Positions 1 to 11,700 of a stretch of 48,743 bases of DNA are shown here, in pieces; the first letter of the stretch is position 1; every line of letters begins with the position of its first letter. Location: contig KV454018.1 of NCBI GenBank assembly GCA_001661245.1, positions 693,569 through 742,311 on the forward strand, given 5' to 3'. Made by a program: the position numbers and the translations under genes. The notes under the pieces were generated by a model. It was not told where the DNA came from. It did not search any database and saw only the letters and a list, made by a program, of their open reading frames with translations. Origin of the DNA: Pachysolen tannophilus NRRL Y-2460. Its lineage: Eukaryota.

Positions 1-1
1 A

Positions 2-1030
2 AAAATTTATTTGAAATGTTTTTCAAAAATTTTCACGAGAAAGTATTCTCCGTTGCCACGGTATGATCCTACTGTACCACAACCTTCAAATAGAAGACAA
101 CGAACAAGAAATAGAGTTTTACGAGATGATAATTTATCTGGGAGTATTGATAGCTATACGCACTCGCCACGTTATGATTACCCCTCTGAGTTTTATCCGC
201 CGAATCCACGGGGTACGATTTCTCATTCGGATCCAATTGCTGAACTTTTATCACAACCTACATTAGTTATTGAAAGACAATTGGAATTGATGAATGTTTT
301 CTTGGGGTTTGAACAGGCAAACAAATACCTGATTATGGATACAAGCGGTGCACAGTTGGGGTATCTGATGGAGAGAGATATTTCGTTTGTGAAGATGTTT
401 ATGAGACAAGTTTATCGATTACATAGACCTTTCACTGTTGATGTCTTTGATATAAAGGGAAACTTGTTATTAACTATAAGAAGGCCTTTTAGTTTTATAA
501 ATTCACACATCAAGTCGATTTTACCTGGAATTAGAAATGAGGAAACCGGTAATGAATTGATTGTTGGAGAATCGATTCAAAGTTGGCATTTATGGAGAAG
601 AAGGTATAATTTATTCAAGACAGAATTGAGTGCTAGCTCCATTGACTCCACAAATGAGGTAACTGGTAATATCTCTAATACCAGTGATCCAGCAGTGAAA
701 GAGGATATCGCATTTGAACAATTTGGGTATATAGACGCACCTTTCTTATCGTTTGAATTCCCAGTGAAAAATGAAAATGGAGAGATTATAGGTTCCGTTG
801 ATAGAAATTGGGTAGGAATAGGAAGAGAATTATTTACAGACACAGGTGTCTACATCATGAGAATGGACCCTTCAAGTTTTCAAGGCATGGAAGGAGTATA
901 CTCAAACATTGCAGGGCCAATGACTTTGGATCAAAGAGCTATAATGTTGGGTACAGCTATAAGTATCGATTTTGACTACTTCTCAAGGCACAGTAGCGGC
1001 AATGGTGGACTCATAGACTACGCAGACTAA
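2..1030 (+). CDS. AIM25: Phospholipid scramblase-family mitochondrial protein (Aim25), 5'-partial
   Basis: Scramblase motifs LVIERQLELMNVFLGFEQAN, YRLHRPF, WHLWRRRYNLF, RNWVGIGRELFTDTGVY and IDFDYFSRHS. The frame is open to the window edge and the ORF-track start is a TTG, so the true ATG is probably upstream. Confidence 0.9.
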   Translation, partial: KIYLKCFSKIFTRKYSPLPRYDPTVPQPSNRRQRTRNRVLRDDNLSGSIDSYTHSPRYDYPSEFYPPNPRGTISHSDPIAELLSQPTLVIERQLELMNVFLGFEQANKYLIMDTSGAQLGYLMERDISFVKMFMRQVYRLHRPFTVDVFDIKGNLLLTIRRPFSFINSHIKSILPGIRNEETGNELIVGESIQSWHLWRRRYNLFKTELSASSIDSTNEVTGNISNTSDPAVKEDIAFEQFGYIDAPFLSFEFPVKNENGEIIGSVDRNWVGIGRELFTDTGVYIMRMDPSSFQGMEGVYSNIAGPMTLDQRAIMLGTAISIDFDYFSRHSSGNGGLIDYAD

Positions 1031-1110
1031 ACCCTAAATACACCTTATATATATTCAAATAAAATTAACCTATTTATTTCCTTTTTTTTGCATGATTCTC
1101 ATTATAGTTT

Positions 1111-1140
1111 GTAAACATAGTAAACATAGTAAACATAGTA
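1111..1140 (+). repeat. 9-bp tandem repeat (GTAAACATA)x3
   Basis: Exact copies at 1111, 1120 and 1129 plus a partial copy. Each contains the forkhead-type core GTAAACA. Confidence 0.85.
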
Positions 1141-1146
1141 AAAGAT

Positions 1147-1210
1147 CCACCTCACACCATTCCACACCATTCCACACCACTTGCACCATCTACACCTCTC
1201 ACACCACCAC
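1147..1210 (+). repeat. Degenerate C/A-rich ~10-bp repeat (CACACCATTC-like)
   Basis: ctcacaccat tccacaccat tccacaccac ttgcaccatc tacacctctc acaccaccac, lying between AIM25 and PRE7. Confidence 0.7.
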
Positions 1211-1277
1211 AATAAGTCGTGTAATTTTATACTAATCGGTTTTCCTGTGTTTTTTTTTTTTTTTGGTGATAGCTTTC

Positions 1278-1289
1278 AAAATCGCCACT
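1278..1289 (-). promoter_or_regulatory. Possible Rpn4 (PACE-like) site
   Basis: AGTGGCGATTTT on the minus strand, about 100 bp upstream of a proteasome subunit ATG. It resembles (G/A)GTGGC(A/G)AA but is imperfect. Confidence 0.35.
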
Positions 1290-1385
1290 AAATTGAATAA
1301 TAAGAAGGTTCTGAATAGACAAAAGCCTTGGTAACAAGAGTACAATTGGATACGTTAGAGAGTTGGAATTAATTGAGTACGGATC

Positions 1386-2135
1386 ATGAGTGCTTCATCT
1401 TTTGCTGAGGGTAAACTGACGATTGCTTCTGAGTATTCGTCTGAGGTTCGTCGTGAACCTATTGAACATCAATTTAATCCTTATTCAGATAATGGAGGAA
1501 CTATATTAGGTATTGCAGGAAAAGATTTTGCTGTATTAGCTGGGGACACAAGACATACAACTGGGTATTCTATAAACTCTAGATATGAGCCAAAGGTGTT
1601 TGATGCTGGAGATGGGTTTCTTATAAGTGCCAATGGGTTTTCAGCTGATGGTAATGCTTTAGTAAAAAGATTTCAAAATCAATTAAAATGGTATCATTTT
1701 AATCATGGTAAAAAAATGGGTATAAGATCTGGAGCAAGATTTATTCAGCATTTGCTTTATGGTAAGAGGTTTTTCCCTTATTATGTTCATACAATTATTG
1801 CTGGTTTAGATGAAGAAGGTAAAGGTGCAGTATTTTCGTTTGATCCTATTGGTTCATATGAAAGAGAACAGTGTAGGGCAGGTGGTTCTGCAGCATCATT
1901 GATCATGCCTTTCTTGGATAACCAAGTAAATTTCAAAAATCAATTGGACCCGGAGTCCAATGGTACGAAAAAGAAAGAATTGAGATATCTTTCTTTAGAA
2001 GAAGTATTAAAACTTGTTAAAGATTCATTTAGTTCTGCTACTGAAAGACATATTCTTGTTGGTGATGGATTAGAGATCATGATTGTTACTAAGGAAGGAG
2101 TAAGAACAGAATATTATCCATTGAAAAAAGATTAA
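1386..2135 (+). CDS. PRE7: 20S proteasome subunit beta 6
   Basis: TIASEYSS...PIEHQFNPYSDNGGTILGIAG, LLYGKRFFPYYVH, YEREQCRAGG, ATERHILVGDGL and C-terminal YPLKKD. Confidence 0.97.
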   Translation: MSASSFAEGKLTIASEYSSEVRREPIEHQFNPYSDNGGTILGIAGKDFAVLAGDTRHTTGYSINSRYEPKVFDAGDGFLISANGFSADGNALVKRFQNQLKWYHFNHGKKMGIRSGARFIQHLLYGKRFFPYYVHTIIAGLDEEGKGAVFSFDPIGSYEREQCRAGGSAASLIMPFLDNQVNFKNQLDPESNGTKKKELRYLSLEEVLKLVKDSFSSATERHILVGDGLEIMIVTKEGVRTEYYPLKKD

Positions 2136-2275
2136 TTATTTTTTTATAAATAATATATATAATTAAAATTTAAAAAATTTAAAAATTATTTTTGAAAAAA
2201 TTGAATTTTTAAATAATAATAATAATCAAAAAAAAAAAAGTAAGTAAAAAAAAAGAATTATATTTATATAATCTT

Positions 2276-3021
2276 TCAGACTGGCAATTTACTTGATCTT
2301 GCCTGAATCACATTCTTATAATAAATATAAAAGAAATCACTATATAACAATGTTTGTATTAATCCTGTAAAGACAGCCAATTTATCGAAATGACCTTCTG
2401 CAAAATACCTATAAAACCAATTAGGTATATAAAAAGCTCTGTATAACCCCAAACAAAAAATATAATTTGTAGTTAACATATCTGCTTCTCCTGTTCTGGT
2501 TAACATCATCAATTGTGGTAATATGGCAACACTTTCTAACCATAAACTAAATGACCATAATATTTCCAATGGTGTAAATTTATAATTAAAAATCAATGAC
2601 AGTAATAATGATCCCAGTAACAAATATTCAACTTTAAAATTATCTAAATCTTGTTTAACCATATGTTTTTGACTATATTTATACTGAATTAAATATACAA
2701 TATAGACTGAAGATATAATGAAAAAAATTTTCATCAATGTATTGTACACAGATATAAATTTTGTAAATAAATCCAAATACCTAGTTATAAATACAATAAC
2801 GTATAATATCTGAGTCTTGAGTGATATACCCGTAGTTGATTTGTTTGTATTAATTGTATGTAACAAAATTATTATACTTGTAAGATGCGATAAATCGCCT
2901 ATTCATATAAACAAGTTAGCAATATATCCAAAAATTAATATATTTGAAACTAGCCAAAAAAGTAAAATTTAAAATAAATAAAATAAAATAACAACTTACC
3001 CAAGATTCTAAAGATATTCAT
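2276..3021 (-). CDS. ERD2: HDEL/KDEL receptor, 2 exons (3021-3000, 2898-2276), 214 aa
   Basis: Intron 2999-2899 (GTAAGT...TGCTAAC...TAG) restores the N-terminus MNIFRILGDLSHL. Also GISLKTQ, RYLDLF, WLESVAILPQL, LGLYRAFYIPNW and QTLLYSDFFY. Confidence 0.96.
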
Positions 3022-3304
3022 GATCACCAATCCACAAATTACAATTAAATTGAAACTTTTAATATAATCATGAATTTCATATAATACACATATTTTTATT
3101 ATTATTATTATCTATACACCTGTTCTGTATACAAAGAAGAGTTTTTCTTTTTTTTAAAAAACTCACTACCTGCCAGCGAACCAGCGAACCAGCCAACCCA
3201 AAAGCCGCCGCTGTCGCTGTCGCTGCCCCCCCTCGCCGCCCGCCACCAGCCAACGAAAAGCCAACGCACGCCGTTGCCTATTATTTTTGATATTTCGCAC
3301 ACTC

Positions 3305-4246
3305 TTACAATTCTCTTAGTTTCAGGTATTCTTCAAACTCATTGTCATAAGATTCATCATCATCATCATCATCATTTTCTTGTTCGTTTTGAAAAGAGTG
3401 AGTATTGTCATTTTTGGGGAAGAATTCGTATTGACCTGCATCTTTACCATCTAACAATTTTATTATATTTTCCTCAGATATGTCTATTAATTTGTAAAAA
3501 AAATTGTGTGTATTATTTTGTAAATGATATACAATAGTTGGATAATTAGCTATTGTGAATCTTGTTGCCAATTCAGAGACTTTTCCTCGTGTTATATCCA
3601 CCATTATGAAAATTACATTTTGGTGGTGATATTTTTTAGCTAATTTTTCATAATAGTTATTATATCTATTTTTAAAATCATCTATCCAAGGTGCATAAAA
3701 TAATACCAAACAATTTGAATTTTTAAAAATTTTATTAAATTCTATTGGATCATCAATTTGTAAAACTTTCAAATTTGGGTATTTTGCAATGATTCCTGTA
3801 TGATGATCCAAAAAGCTAACAAATTTTTCAATATTTCTTTCACCTACAAAATCAATATTTCCCACTTCATATAAATTTTCAACCATATCCATCAGTATGG
3901 GAAACAGTGGTACTTCTTGTTTTGATAATGACAAGAGTTTTAACGTTGGGAAACTGTTAATACCATATTTTGCTCGTATTTTTTTATTCTCTAAACAATC
4001 AATTTGAACTATTTGTAAATCTGTATTGTTGTATAATTTAGCCAAGAGTTCCCAGTCTGGATATAATTGTTGACAATATCTACAATTTGGGGAATAAAAA
4101 TCAATAAATGAAAAACTAGTATTTTTAATTATTGATTCAAAAGTTTTATCTGTTGCCAAGATAATTCCATTCTCTAATTTTTTACCAAATACCAACTTCA
4201 CTAATAATAGCAATAACAACACAAACCACCTCATCTTGTTCTTCAT
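3305..4246 (-). CDS. ER-luminal protein disulfide isomerase-like protein with two thioredoxin folds
   Basis: Signal peptide; FYSPNCRYC active site with INSFPTL; a second Trx-like domain (FYAPWIDDF...NYPTI) lacking CXXC; acidic tail ending KLREL. Confidence 0.85.
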   Translation of the reverse strand: MKNKMRWFVLLLLLLVKLVFGKKLENGIILATDKTFESIIKNTSFSFIDFYSPNCRYCQQLYPDWELLAKLYNNTDLQIVQIDCLENKKIRAKYGINSFPTLKLLSLSKQEVPLFPILMDMVENLYEVGNIDFVGERNIEKFVSFLDHHTGIIAKYPNLKVLQIDDPIEFNKIFKNSNCLVLFYAPWIDDFKNRYNNYYEKLAKKYHHQNVIFIMVDITRGKVSELATRFTIANYPTIVYHLQNNTHNFFYKLIDISEENIIKLLDGKDAGQYEFFPKNDNTHSFQNEQENDDDDDDESYDNEFEEYLKLREL

Positions 4247-4405
4247 CTTGTTCTTCTTATTGTGATATAAAAATAAAAGATAAATTGGTGATTCTTCAAA
4301 CGACCCCCTTGTTTCCCTTTGCCTTCCTTTATTAGTGTATTTTTAAATTGAAATAAAATAGCAAAGTAAAGAATTATAGGTATTTAACTCTATAACTAAT
4401 ACAAT

Positions 4406-4891
4406 ATGAGAGAAACAGCATTAGATAAATTATTTAATAAACCTAGAAAAAATCTTATGTGGATATTCACTGGGATTATAACTCTGAGTGCACTCTACAC
4501 CATATTTTTCAGTCAGGCACCTGATTTTGAAATTGATGATTCTGATGAAATTAAAATTACAGGAAAAAAAGATAAAGATAAAGAAAAAGAACAAGATACT
4601 AAAAAAATTAAATCTGGATTATCAAGAAAAGAAATTTTCACATTTTTATCAAAAGTAAGTAATAATAATAATAACCAACTATTTAAATCAACTAGGTTTT
4701 TTTAAGATAATAATCAATTTAAATATGTATCGTACTAATAAAATCTTCTCTGTAACTTATAGCGTAAAATATACCCCGATATTGATACACCATTACCAGA
4801 ATTAGAAAAATTAGTTAAAGACATACAAAAAGAACAAATTATTAAAATAGGATCCTCAAGTTATTCCGCTGAAACTAATGAAAAATATTAA
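4406..4891 (+). CDS. Small membrane protein with Ish1-like C-terminal helical motif, 2 exons (4406-4654, 4763-4891), 125 aa
   Basis: Phase-0 intron 4655-4762 (GTAAGT...TACTAAT...TAG) gives ...EIFTFLSK|RKIYPDIDTPLPELEKLVK...EKY*. One TM helix (LMWIFTGIITLSALYTIFF). It resembles a recalled family of uncharacterised fungal proteins starting 'TPLDRAL...FTGIV'. Confidence 0.7.
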
Positions 4892-5029
4892 TCATATTCA
4901 TATTTATATTCTTCATCCGGCTGGCTTAATATTAATATATAATGAGAAAATATATACTTTATACAAATAAATTGATGGTCAGTACACACCATTCATTCCA
5001 TTTTATTATACCTTACTTTCTTTCTGCAT

Positions 5030-5057
5030 TGAGCATATTAAAAGCATATTGAGCAAA
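5030..5057 (-). promoter_or_regulatory. Candidate Mac1 copper-response elements upstream of SOD1
   Basis: TTTGCTCA on the minus strand at 5050-5057, with near-copies at 5030-5037 and 5292-5299. Confidence 0.35.
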
Positions 5058-5194
5058 AAAACCCACTTATCGGTTTAATATTATAATAGAAGGAGAACTT
5101 TAATGGTTATTTTTTACATTAATTTACAGCCGAATAGACGATCATATAATATATTGAAATCATATATAAGCCAAAGAATATCTCAAGAAAATAT

Positions 5195-5197
<3 letters not shown>

Positions 5198-5228
<31 letters not shown>
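5198..5228. repeat. (TA)n microsatellite (others near 6243, 6790, 38968, 40570, 47625)
   Basis: Direct reading of the dinucleotide runs. Confidence 0.9.
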
Positions 5229-5231
<3 letters not shown>

Positions 5232-5653
5232 AATTATACTTACTTACTTTATTACTAGCTTTTAATGCTCTACTACGTATTGATTATGTTTTGAGCAAGC
5301 TTTTAACGCAGCAATTGTCGGGTAACGATATTTTGTTCTTTTCAAACACCTTTTCGGGCACCTTTACGGTTCGGTCAATTTTTAATAAGAAGAATTTTTA
5401 TAAGAAAGAATCCTTTTAGTATAGACACGCTTTTCCACTTTTTTCCAAGTTAAAATTGTTGCTCTCTATATGGCTAGATTTAAAGTGTGGAATTTTCTAT
5501 TCAATTTTTATGGCTAAATTGGATAATTTTATAATTTTTAATATAAATTATTAATAATCCAGTATCTAAGTATATATTATATAAATAAATTATTTTATTA
5601 TATTATTATATTTTATATTTTATATTTTAATTTAAAATTGTAATATATTAAAA

Positions 5654-6209
5654 ATGGTTAAAGCAGGTAAGTGTTAAGTGTATTATCAATTGAGTAGATT
5701 GAAATATTTTTTTTTTTTTTGGTAGCTTTTAATAATACTAACTTTTAAATAATTTAGTTGCTGTCTTGAGAGGTGATTCTAAAGTCTCTGGTGTTGTTAA
5801 TTTTGAACAAGAGTCTGAATCAAAACCAACAACGGTTTCATGGGAAATTTCTGGAAATGATCCAAGTGCATTGAGAGGTTTCCACATTCATCAATTTGGT
5901 GATAATACCAATGGGTGTACTTCTGCAGGTCCACATTTTAACCCATTCGGTAAGACCCACGGTGCTCCAGAAGATTCTGTTAGACACGTTGGTGATTTAG
6001 GTAATATTACCACTGATGCAAGTGGTGTTGCCAAAGGTGTTAAGCAAGATTCTTTAATTAAATTGTTTGGTGAAAACTCAATTCTTGGTAGAACCGTTGT
6101 TGTTCATTCAGGTCAAGATGATTTAGGTAAAGGTGGTCACCCAGATTCATTGAAAACTGGTAATGCTGGTGGTAGACCAGCATGTGGTGTTATCGGCTTT
6201 GCATCATAA
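5654..6209 (+). CDS. SOD1: Cu/Zn superoxide dismutase, 2 exons (5654-5666, 5758-6209), 154 aa
   Basis: Intron 5667-5757 (GTAAGT...TACTAAC...TAG) gives [12 protein letters not shown]. Motifs [31 protein letters not shown] and [14 protein letters not shown]. Confidence 0.98.
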
Positions 6210-6236
6210 GCAAGCAGGTTTTGTAGCAAGGCAATA

Positions 6237-6267
<31 letters not shown>

Positions 6268-6788
6268 TTTCCGATCACTCTTACATATTATTACCTTTTT
6301 TTTCTTTTTTTTGACTATTAGGAAAATTCAAATATCAATTTATCCTTGAAAAATGTTAAAAGTTAAACCCATTATGGTTTAATGATATTTCCATATATAT
6401 TTTAATAGGTTTTCATTGAGGTATAGAAATAAAATCCTTCCGCCTCTTGTCAGGGCGCGCCTGTTCGCCTGGTTGCTCTACCCGCTATACCTTCGGCCGG
6501 TAATACCGCCCGACCGCCCTTAAGTTTTTACTCTTTTTATTTATTTTATTCTTTACGTTGCTCCCCTTCCGATTCCCCTCTCTTTTTCTCTCTTTCTCTT
6601 TGTCTCTGCGCCCGCCCTTGGTCGCCTCCCGGTGGCGGAAACTTTTTTCTCTCTCTTTTTTGGCAGGAAGATTTTTGTTATTGCAAACACGACTCTTTGT
6701 TTTTTGATTTTTTTTTTTTCCTTCGTTTTTCTTGGTGATGGTGAAAAATTTTGGATTGGTAGCAGAAACTGGTATTTAACTTTTAACA

Positions 6789-6825
<37 letters not shown>

Positions 6826-6990
6826 CTATAAGTGGAGAAGAACAAGGTATAAAGTAACTAAATAACTAACTAATTATAACTTTATAAAGATTAATAAAGT
6901 TATATAGTTTGTTTGTTTTTTTTTTATTTTTGTTGTTGTTGTTTTTTGATACCGATTCTTGTATATATATATATTTAAAGATAATTTTCC

Positions 6991-8250
6991 ATGATGTTAA
7001 GAAATCAATTACAGAGACAGTTTAGAACAAATTTTTTGTTGAGTAGGAATTCGAAATTAACTTTTTCTACAAGTTCTTATTATTTGAGTAATAATAACTC
7101 ACCTTTAAAAGTATTTGTTGATACTTTTAGGAAAGAATGGGGGAAATCTCAAGAATTAAAAGATAATATTAAAGCTTTACAAGATGAAACTGGTAGAATG
7201 GCTGAAAGTGAAGCTTTTCATAAGGCAAAAGAAGCTTATGATAGGGCTCAAAAATCTAGAAGTGTTGCTTCACAAGGTTTGAAAAAAACTGCAGAAGTTG
7301 TTGGAGATGCTGCTGTTAAAGCATGGGAATCACCTGTAGGTAAAGCAACAAGATCTACTGTTAAGATTACTGCTGAAGTAATTGATAAATCGATTGATCC
7401 TCTTAGAAATACAGCTGTTTATAAGGAAGTTTCAAAAGTTATTGATGATGGTTCTTCATCGAGGTATGGTGGGTTTTTAACTAAAGAAGAAAGACAACGT
7501 AAAAGAGAAGAATTAATTAAAAGTGGTAAAAGGGCAAAAATTATTAAATCTGATGAAGATGCTGGTACTGCATTAATTGCTACAAAACATAAACCAACAG
7601 GTCCAAGTTGGACTGATAAAATTACTTTCTTAAGACCAAACACTTTTTTAGGGAAATTATTGGCTGAATTAAGATTTAGATATGAAGAAACTGATAATAG
7701 ATTAATTTCAACTATAAGAACTATTATTGAAAAAATTGGTGGTTTTTTTGCAGAAACTGAAAATGGTAGAGTTATAAGAGCTTTTAAAGATATCGATCCT
7801 TCTTTTAATATAGAAGATTTTAATACCCAATTAAGAGATTATATTGTTCCTGAAGTATTAGATGCTTATGTTCAAGGAGATGAATTAATCTTGAAAAAAT
7901 GGTTTTCAGAAGCTCCATTTAACGTGGTACAACTGCAACAAAAGGCAATGAAAGATCAAGGCCTTTTTTCAGACGGAAAAATCTTGGATATTAGAGGTGT
8001 AGATATTGTTAGTGCTAAAATTTTACCTCCAAGTAATATCCCAGTATTAGTAATTGGTTGTAGAGCTCAAGAAATACAACTTTTCAGAGATTTTAAAACT
8101 GGAGAAATTAAAGCAGGAACAGAAGAGAATATCATGTTGAGCAGTTACGCAATGGTCATCACTAGAATCCCTGAAGATGTTGATAACCCTGACACAGAAG
8201 GATGGAAAATCTTGGAATTTGTTAGAGGTGGATCAAGACAATTTACATGA
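6991..8250 (+). CDS. TIM44: Mitochondrial import motor subunit Tim44
   Basis: Presequence-like N-terminus; SRYGGF, KKWFSEAPFNV, ILDIRGVDIVSAK and GWKILEFVRGGSRQFT. Confidence 0.96.
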   Translation: MMLRNQLQRQFRTNFLLSRNSKLTFSTSSYYLSNNNSPLKVFVDTFRKEWGKSQELKDNIKALQDETGRMAESEAFHKAKEAYDRAQKSRSVASQGLKKTAEVVGDAAVKAWESPVGKATRSTVKITAEVIDKSIDPLRNTAVYKEVSKVIDDGSSSRYGGFLTKEERQRKREELIKSGKRAKIIKSDEDAGTALIATKHKPTGPSWTDKITFLRPNTFLGKLLAELRFRYEETDNRLISTIRTIIEKIGGFFAETENGRVIRAFKDIDPSFNIEDFNTQLRDYIVPEVLDAYVQGDELILKKWFSEAPFNVVQLQQKAMKDQGLFSDGKILDIRGVDIVSAKILPPSNIPVLVIGCRAQEIQLFRDFKTGEIKAGTEENIMLSSYAMVITRIPEDVDNPDTEGWKILEFVRGGSRQFT

Positions 8251-8744
8251 AAAAAAATAAAAAATAAAAAATAAAATAAAAAAAATCAAGATAAAAGATT
8301 TAAACATCTACACCTTCACATGTTCATAGACTAATATAGACACCCTCATTAAGATCCATCGCTTCCCCTTTACTCCTCGTTTGATTTAATGTTGTTTTTG
8401 TTTAAATATATTATTATTATTATTATTATTATTTTCATTATTATTATTATATAGGGTGCCTTAAAAATAAAAATAAAACAAAAATTTGTAAATACAAAAA
8501 GTAAGAAAAAAAATCAAAACAAGAAGAACAAAAGGTGTATTAAAACAAAACACTTGTTAATATAATAAACAAAATAGGAGTTAAAAAGGTTTAAAAGTAA
8601 TAGAAAGAATAGAAAGAGTAGATGGAATTTAAGATCAAATGTTGATATCTGATAATTAGTTCAATAAAGATATTTTATCATTAAAAATATTGATCTTTTA
8701 TTTTTTTTTTTTTTTGCTTTTTAAACAAAATTAAAATTAAGGAA

Positions 8745-11700
8745 ATGTCATCGAGTCCAAACTCCCCAAGAAGATCGATATCAAGACCTTCGTTATCCAC
8801 ACTTTCATCTTCATCACCCAATAGAAGCAAACTCGTTGATATTGATAGGGATGTGGCTTTGAATTCTAGTTCATCTTCCTCGCTGTCTCTGTTGTTGGGG
8901 ACGTCTTCAAAAGCGGTTATATCTGGTACTACTACCACTGTTAGGAATGGTTATCATCCTGATGCCTCATTTCGCAATAAAAAATTGAACTCATTACAGA
9001 AAAATATAAGGAAAAATAGGAGGACTAGTTCTCATAGTTTAGGAGTGATGGATAGTTTAACTAGTGTTAAGCCAGTTTCTAAAATCAAAGTGCCGTCACA
9101 TGATCATCATGATGAGCAGCACTCTTTAACAAAGAGACCGAGATTGATTTCAGAGGATGATAATGATAATGATAATTATGACATCAAGAGAACAAGAAAT
9201 TTAAAAGATGAAATAGATATCATAAATAAAGATGATGATGATAATATTTATAATGATTATGGGAAAAGCACTGTATCTTTGAGGATAAAGTTAAGAAAGA
9301 TACGATTATTGAATCAAGATTTTATAAAACCAATAGAAAACTGCTCGATTTCAATGTTGATATATGAAAATCTGGATTTTGAATTTGTCAAAGAAACTAA
9401 ATCACATTTAAAATCTTTAAAATTTTTGAAGATGAATTTACTGAAAGATTTAGATAAAATATATTTTCTGATCTATAACAAATCATTAAACAGAGATTTT
9501 GTAATGATCTTTAATAGGCCAATTGCAATAGATAGATTGGAATTGGAACAAATTTTAGATGAGAAATTACAATTTGAAGTTTTACCTGAAGTTAATAGCA
9601 TATGGGTATATGGGAATTCGGATATTGAAAATTTTAAAAATTTTAAAATTCTTATTAATGAATATGGGATCAAGTATTATGATAACGATATAAATGAATT
9701 AACTGAAAAATTTGCAACACGGAAAAAGTTGACTGTACCTTCATCTTCGTTTTATGGAAGTTCTAAAATTCACAAGCATAATAACACCACTAATGATAAC
9801 GACAATGATGACTTTTCTGCATTAAATCTCGATGAAAAATCACATGAATCTTCTATAATACCATTGAATGATTCTGCTCCACGTAATACGAGAAGTTACA
9901 TTACAAGAACAAAGCTGTTGTCTCTACCACCAGAACAGTTAAATACAAGAGAAACTGCAGAAGTTATACAAGAAGAAACACAACATGAAAATATCCTGGA
10001 AAATGATCAGATAAGATTTGTGCCCACTTTAAATTATAAATTTCAAATAGACAATAAGCATTTTAGCATTACACACTCAGATTTTAAGTGTTTATATAAT
10101 AATTGTTGGATAAATGATTCCATCATTGATTTTTTCTTAAAGTATGACCTGGAAAATTCAATTATAAAAGAAAAAAAGTTTAATAAAGATGATATATTAG
10201 TTTTAAATTCTTTTTTCTTTATGAAACTAAATCAAAATCAAAATGATTTTTATAATAACCTCAAATCATGGTTTAAAGATGATAAATTGTTTCGCTATAA
10301 ATATATAATAATTCCTATTAATCAAGATTTGCACTGGTACTGTTGCGTGATTGCTAATTTATCGATGTTATTGAATTTTGATAAAGATGGAATTTCAAAA
10401 GATTCAACTTTTAATGGAATTGAAAAAGAAGGAGAAGAACAAGTGAATACAAATGAAATTCGTAAAAGCAAAGATTCCAATAAAAGCAATAATAATATAA
10501 AAGATTTTTTCACCGCTCAAGTAGAGAATGAGGACTCAGAATTATCGCAACTAATGGTAAATAAGCCAAGATTTTCTGAAATATTAGTATTAGACTCTTT
10601 ACAAATGGATCATAAATCCATTAAGAAACCTTTAGTGGAATTTTTCATTGGATATGCTAAGGATAAATACGATATTAATGTATCTGCAGATAGATTCAAA
10701 TTATATCATTGCCATGTTCCTAAGCAACAAAATTTCAATGATTGTGGAATTCACGTAATTTATAATATTTCGAAATTCTTAGAGGAGAATGAATTATTTG
10801 TTTCAAACTGGAAAAAATCAGGTATGAAAATGAAAACTTTGAAATTATTCAAAAGTAAAGAGAGGGAACTTTTAAGATTTGAGTTACGACAGAAATTGAT
10901 TAAATTGTTACAGGAACAAGAAAAGGTAAAGGGAAATCCAAACTATGCAAAAATCGGTACTGTAACTATTGGTGAATATAAAAAATTGCGAAGGGAAGGA
11001 GGGTCTGATGAAGATAATAATGACGATGCCATATATGATGGAGATGATACCAAAGATAATGACGATGAAGGTGATGACGGATTCGAAATAATTGGCTCGA
11101 ACCAGTTAGAAAAGGAAAAAGAAGAAGCCAATAAAAAACTGCTTTTGGCTGTCGAAGAAACTGAAGCATCATCGATGTTGCAAAATCAACAAATGGAAGA
11201 AGCAGATAATCGTTCATTTCCGGCAACGCAAGAGACATCTGAATTACCGCAACAAGAAGACAAGACTGTTCCAGTGGATAATCAGCAAGAGAATCAGGAT
11301 CTGATAAGCGGGAATCCTTTATTCAAGTTTGCGACTCCCAACAAGAAAAGAATTGATCTTTCAAGTTTTGAATTTACAGAAAAAGATTTGGCATCCCCTT
11401 TTTTCACGAAGAGCATTAATGAGGTTGATCACAATGATGAAAAGACAAAATCTTCACTTGAAGCAGGTACTAGTAAGACTCGTGCATATGGAAATGAAAG
11501 AAATGTAAGCAGTGATCTGAGTGTTGATTCTGCGCTTGTTGATGATAATTACAATTATGGTGATGATAAAAGAGGTTCAACTAATAAATTTTATGACATT
11601 CAAAAAGAAACTGCTGAAATTAGTAACTCATCAAACGAAACTAGTGATAAATCTTCTGTTGAAGTTTACGCTACCCAATCTGATGGTGAACATAACAGTT

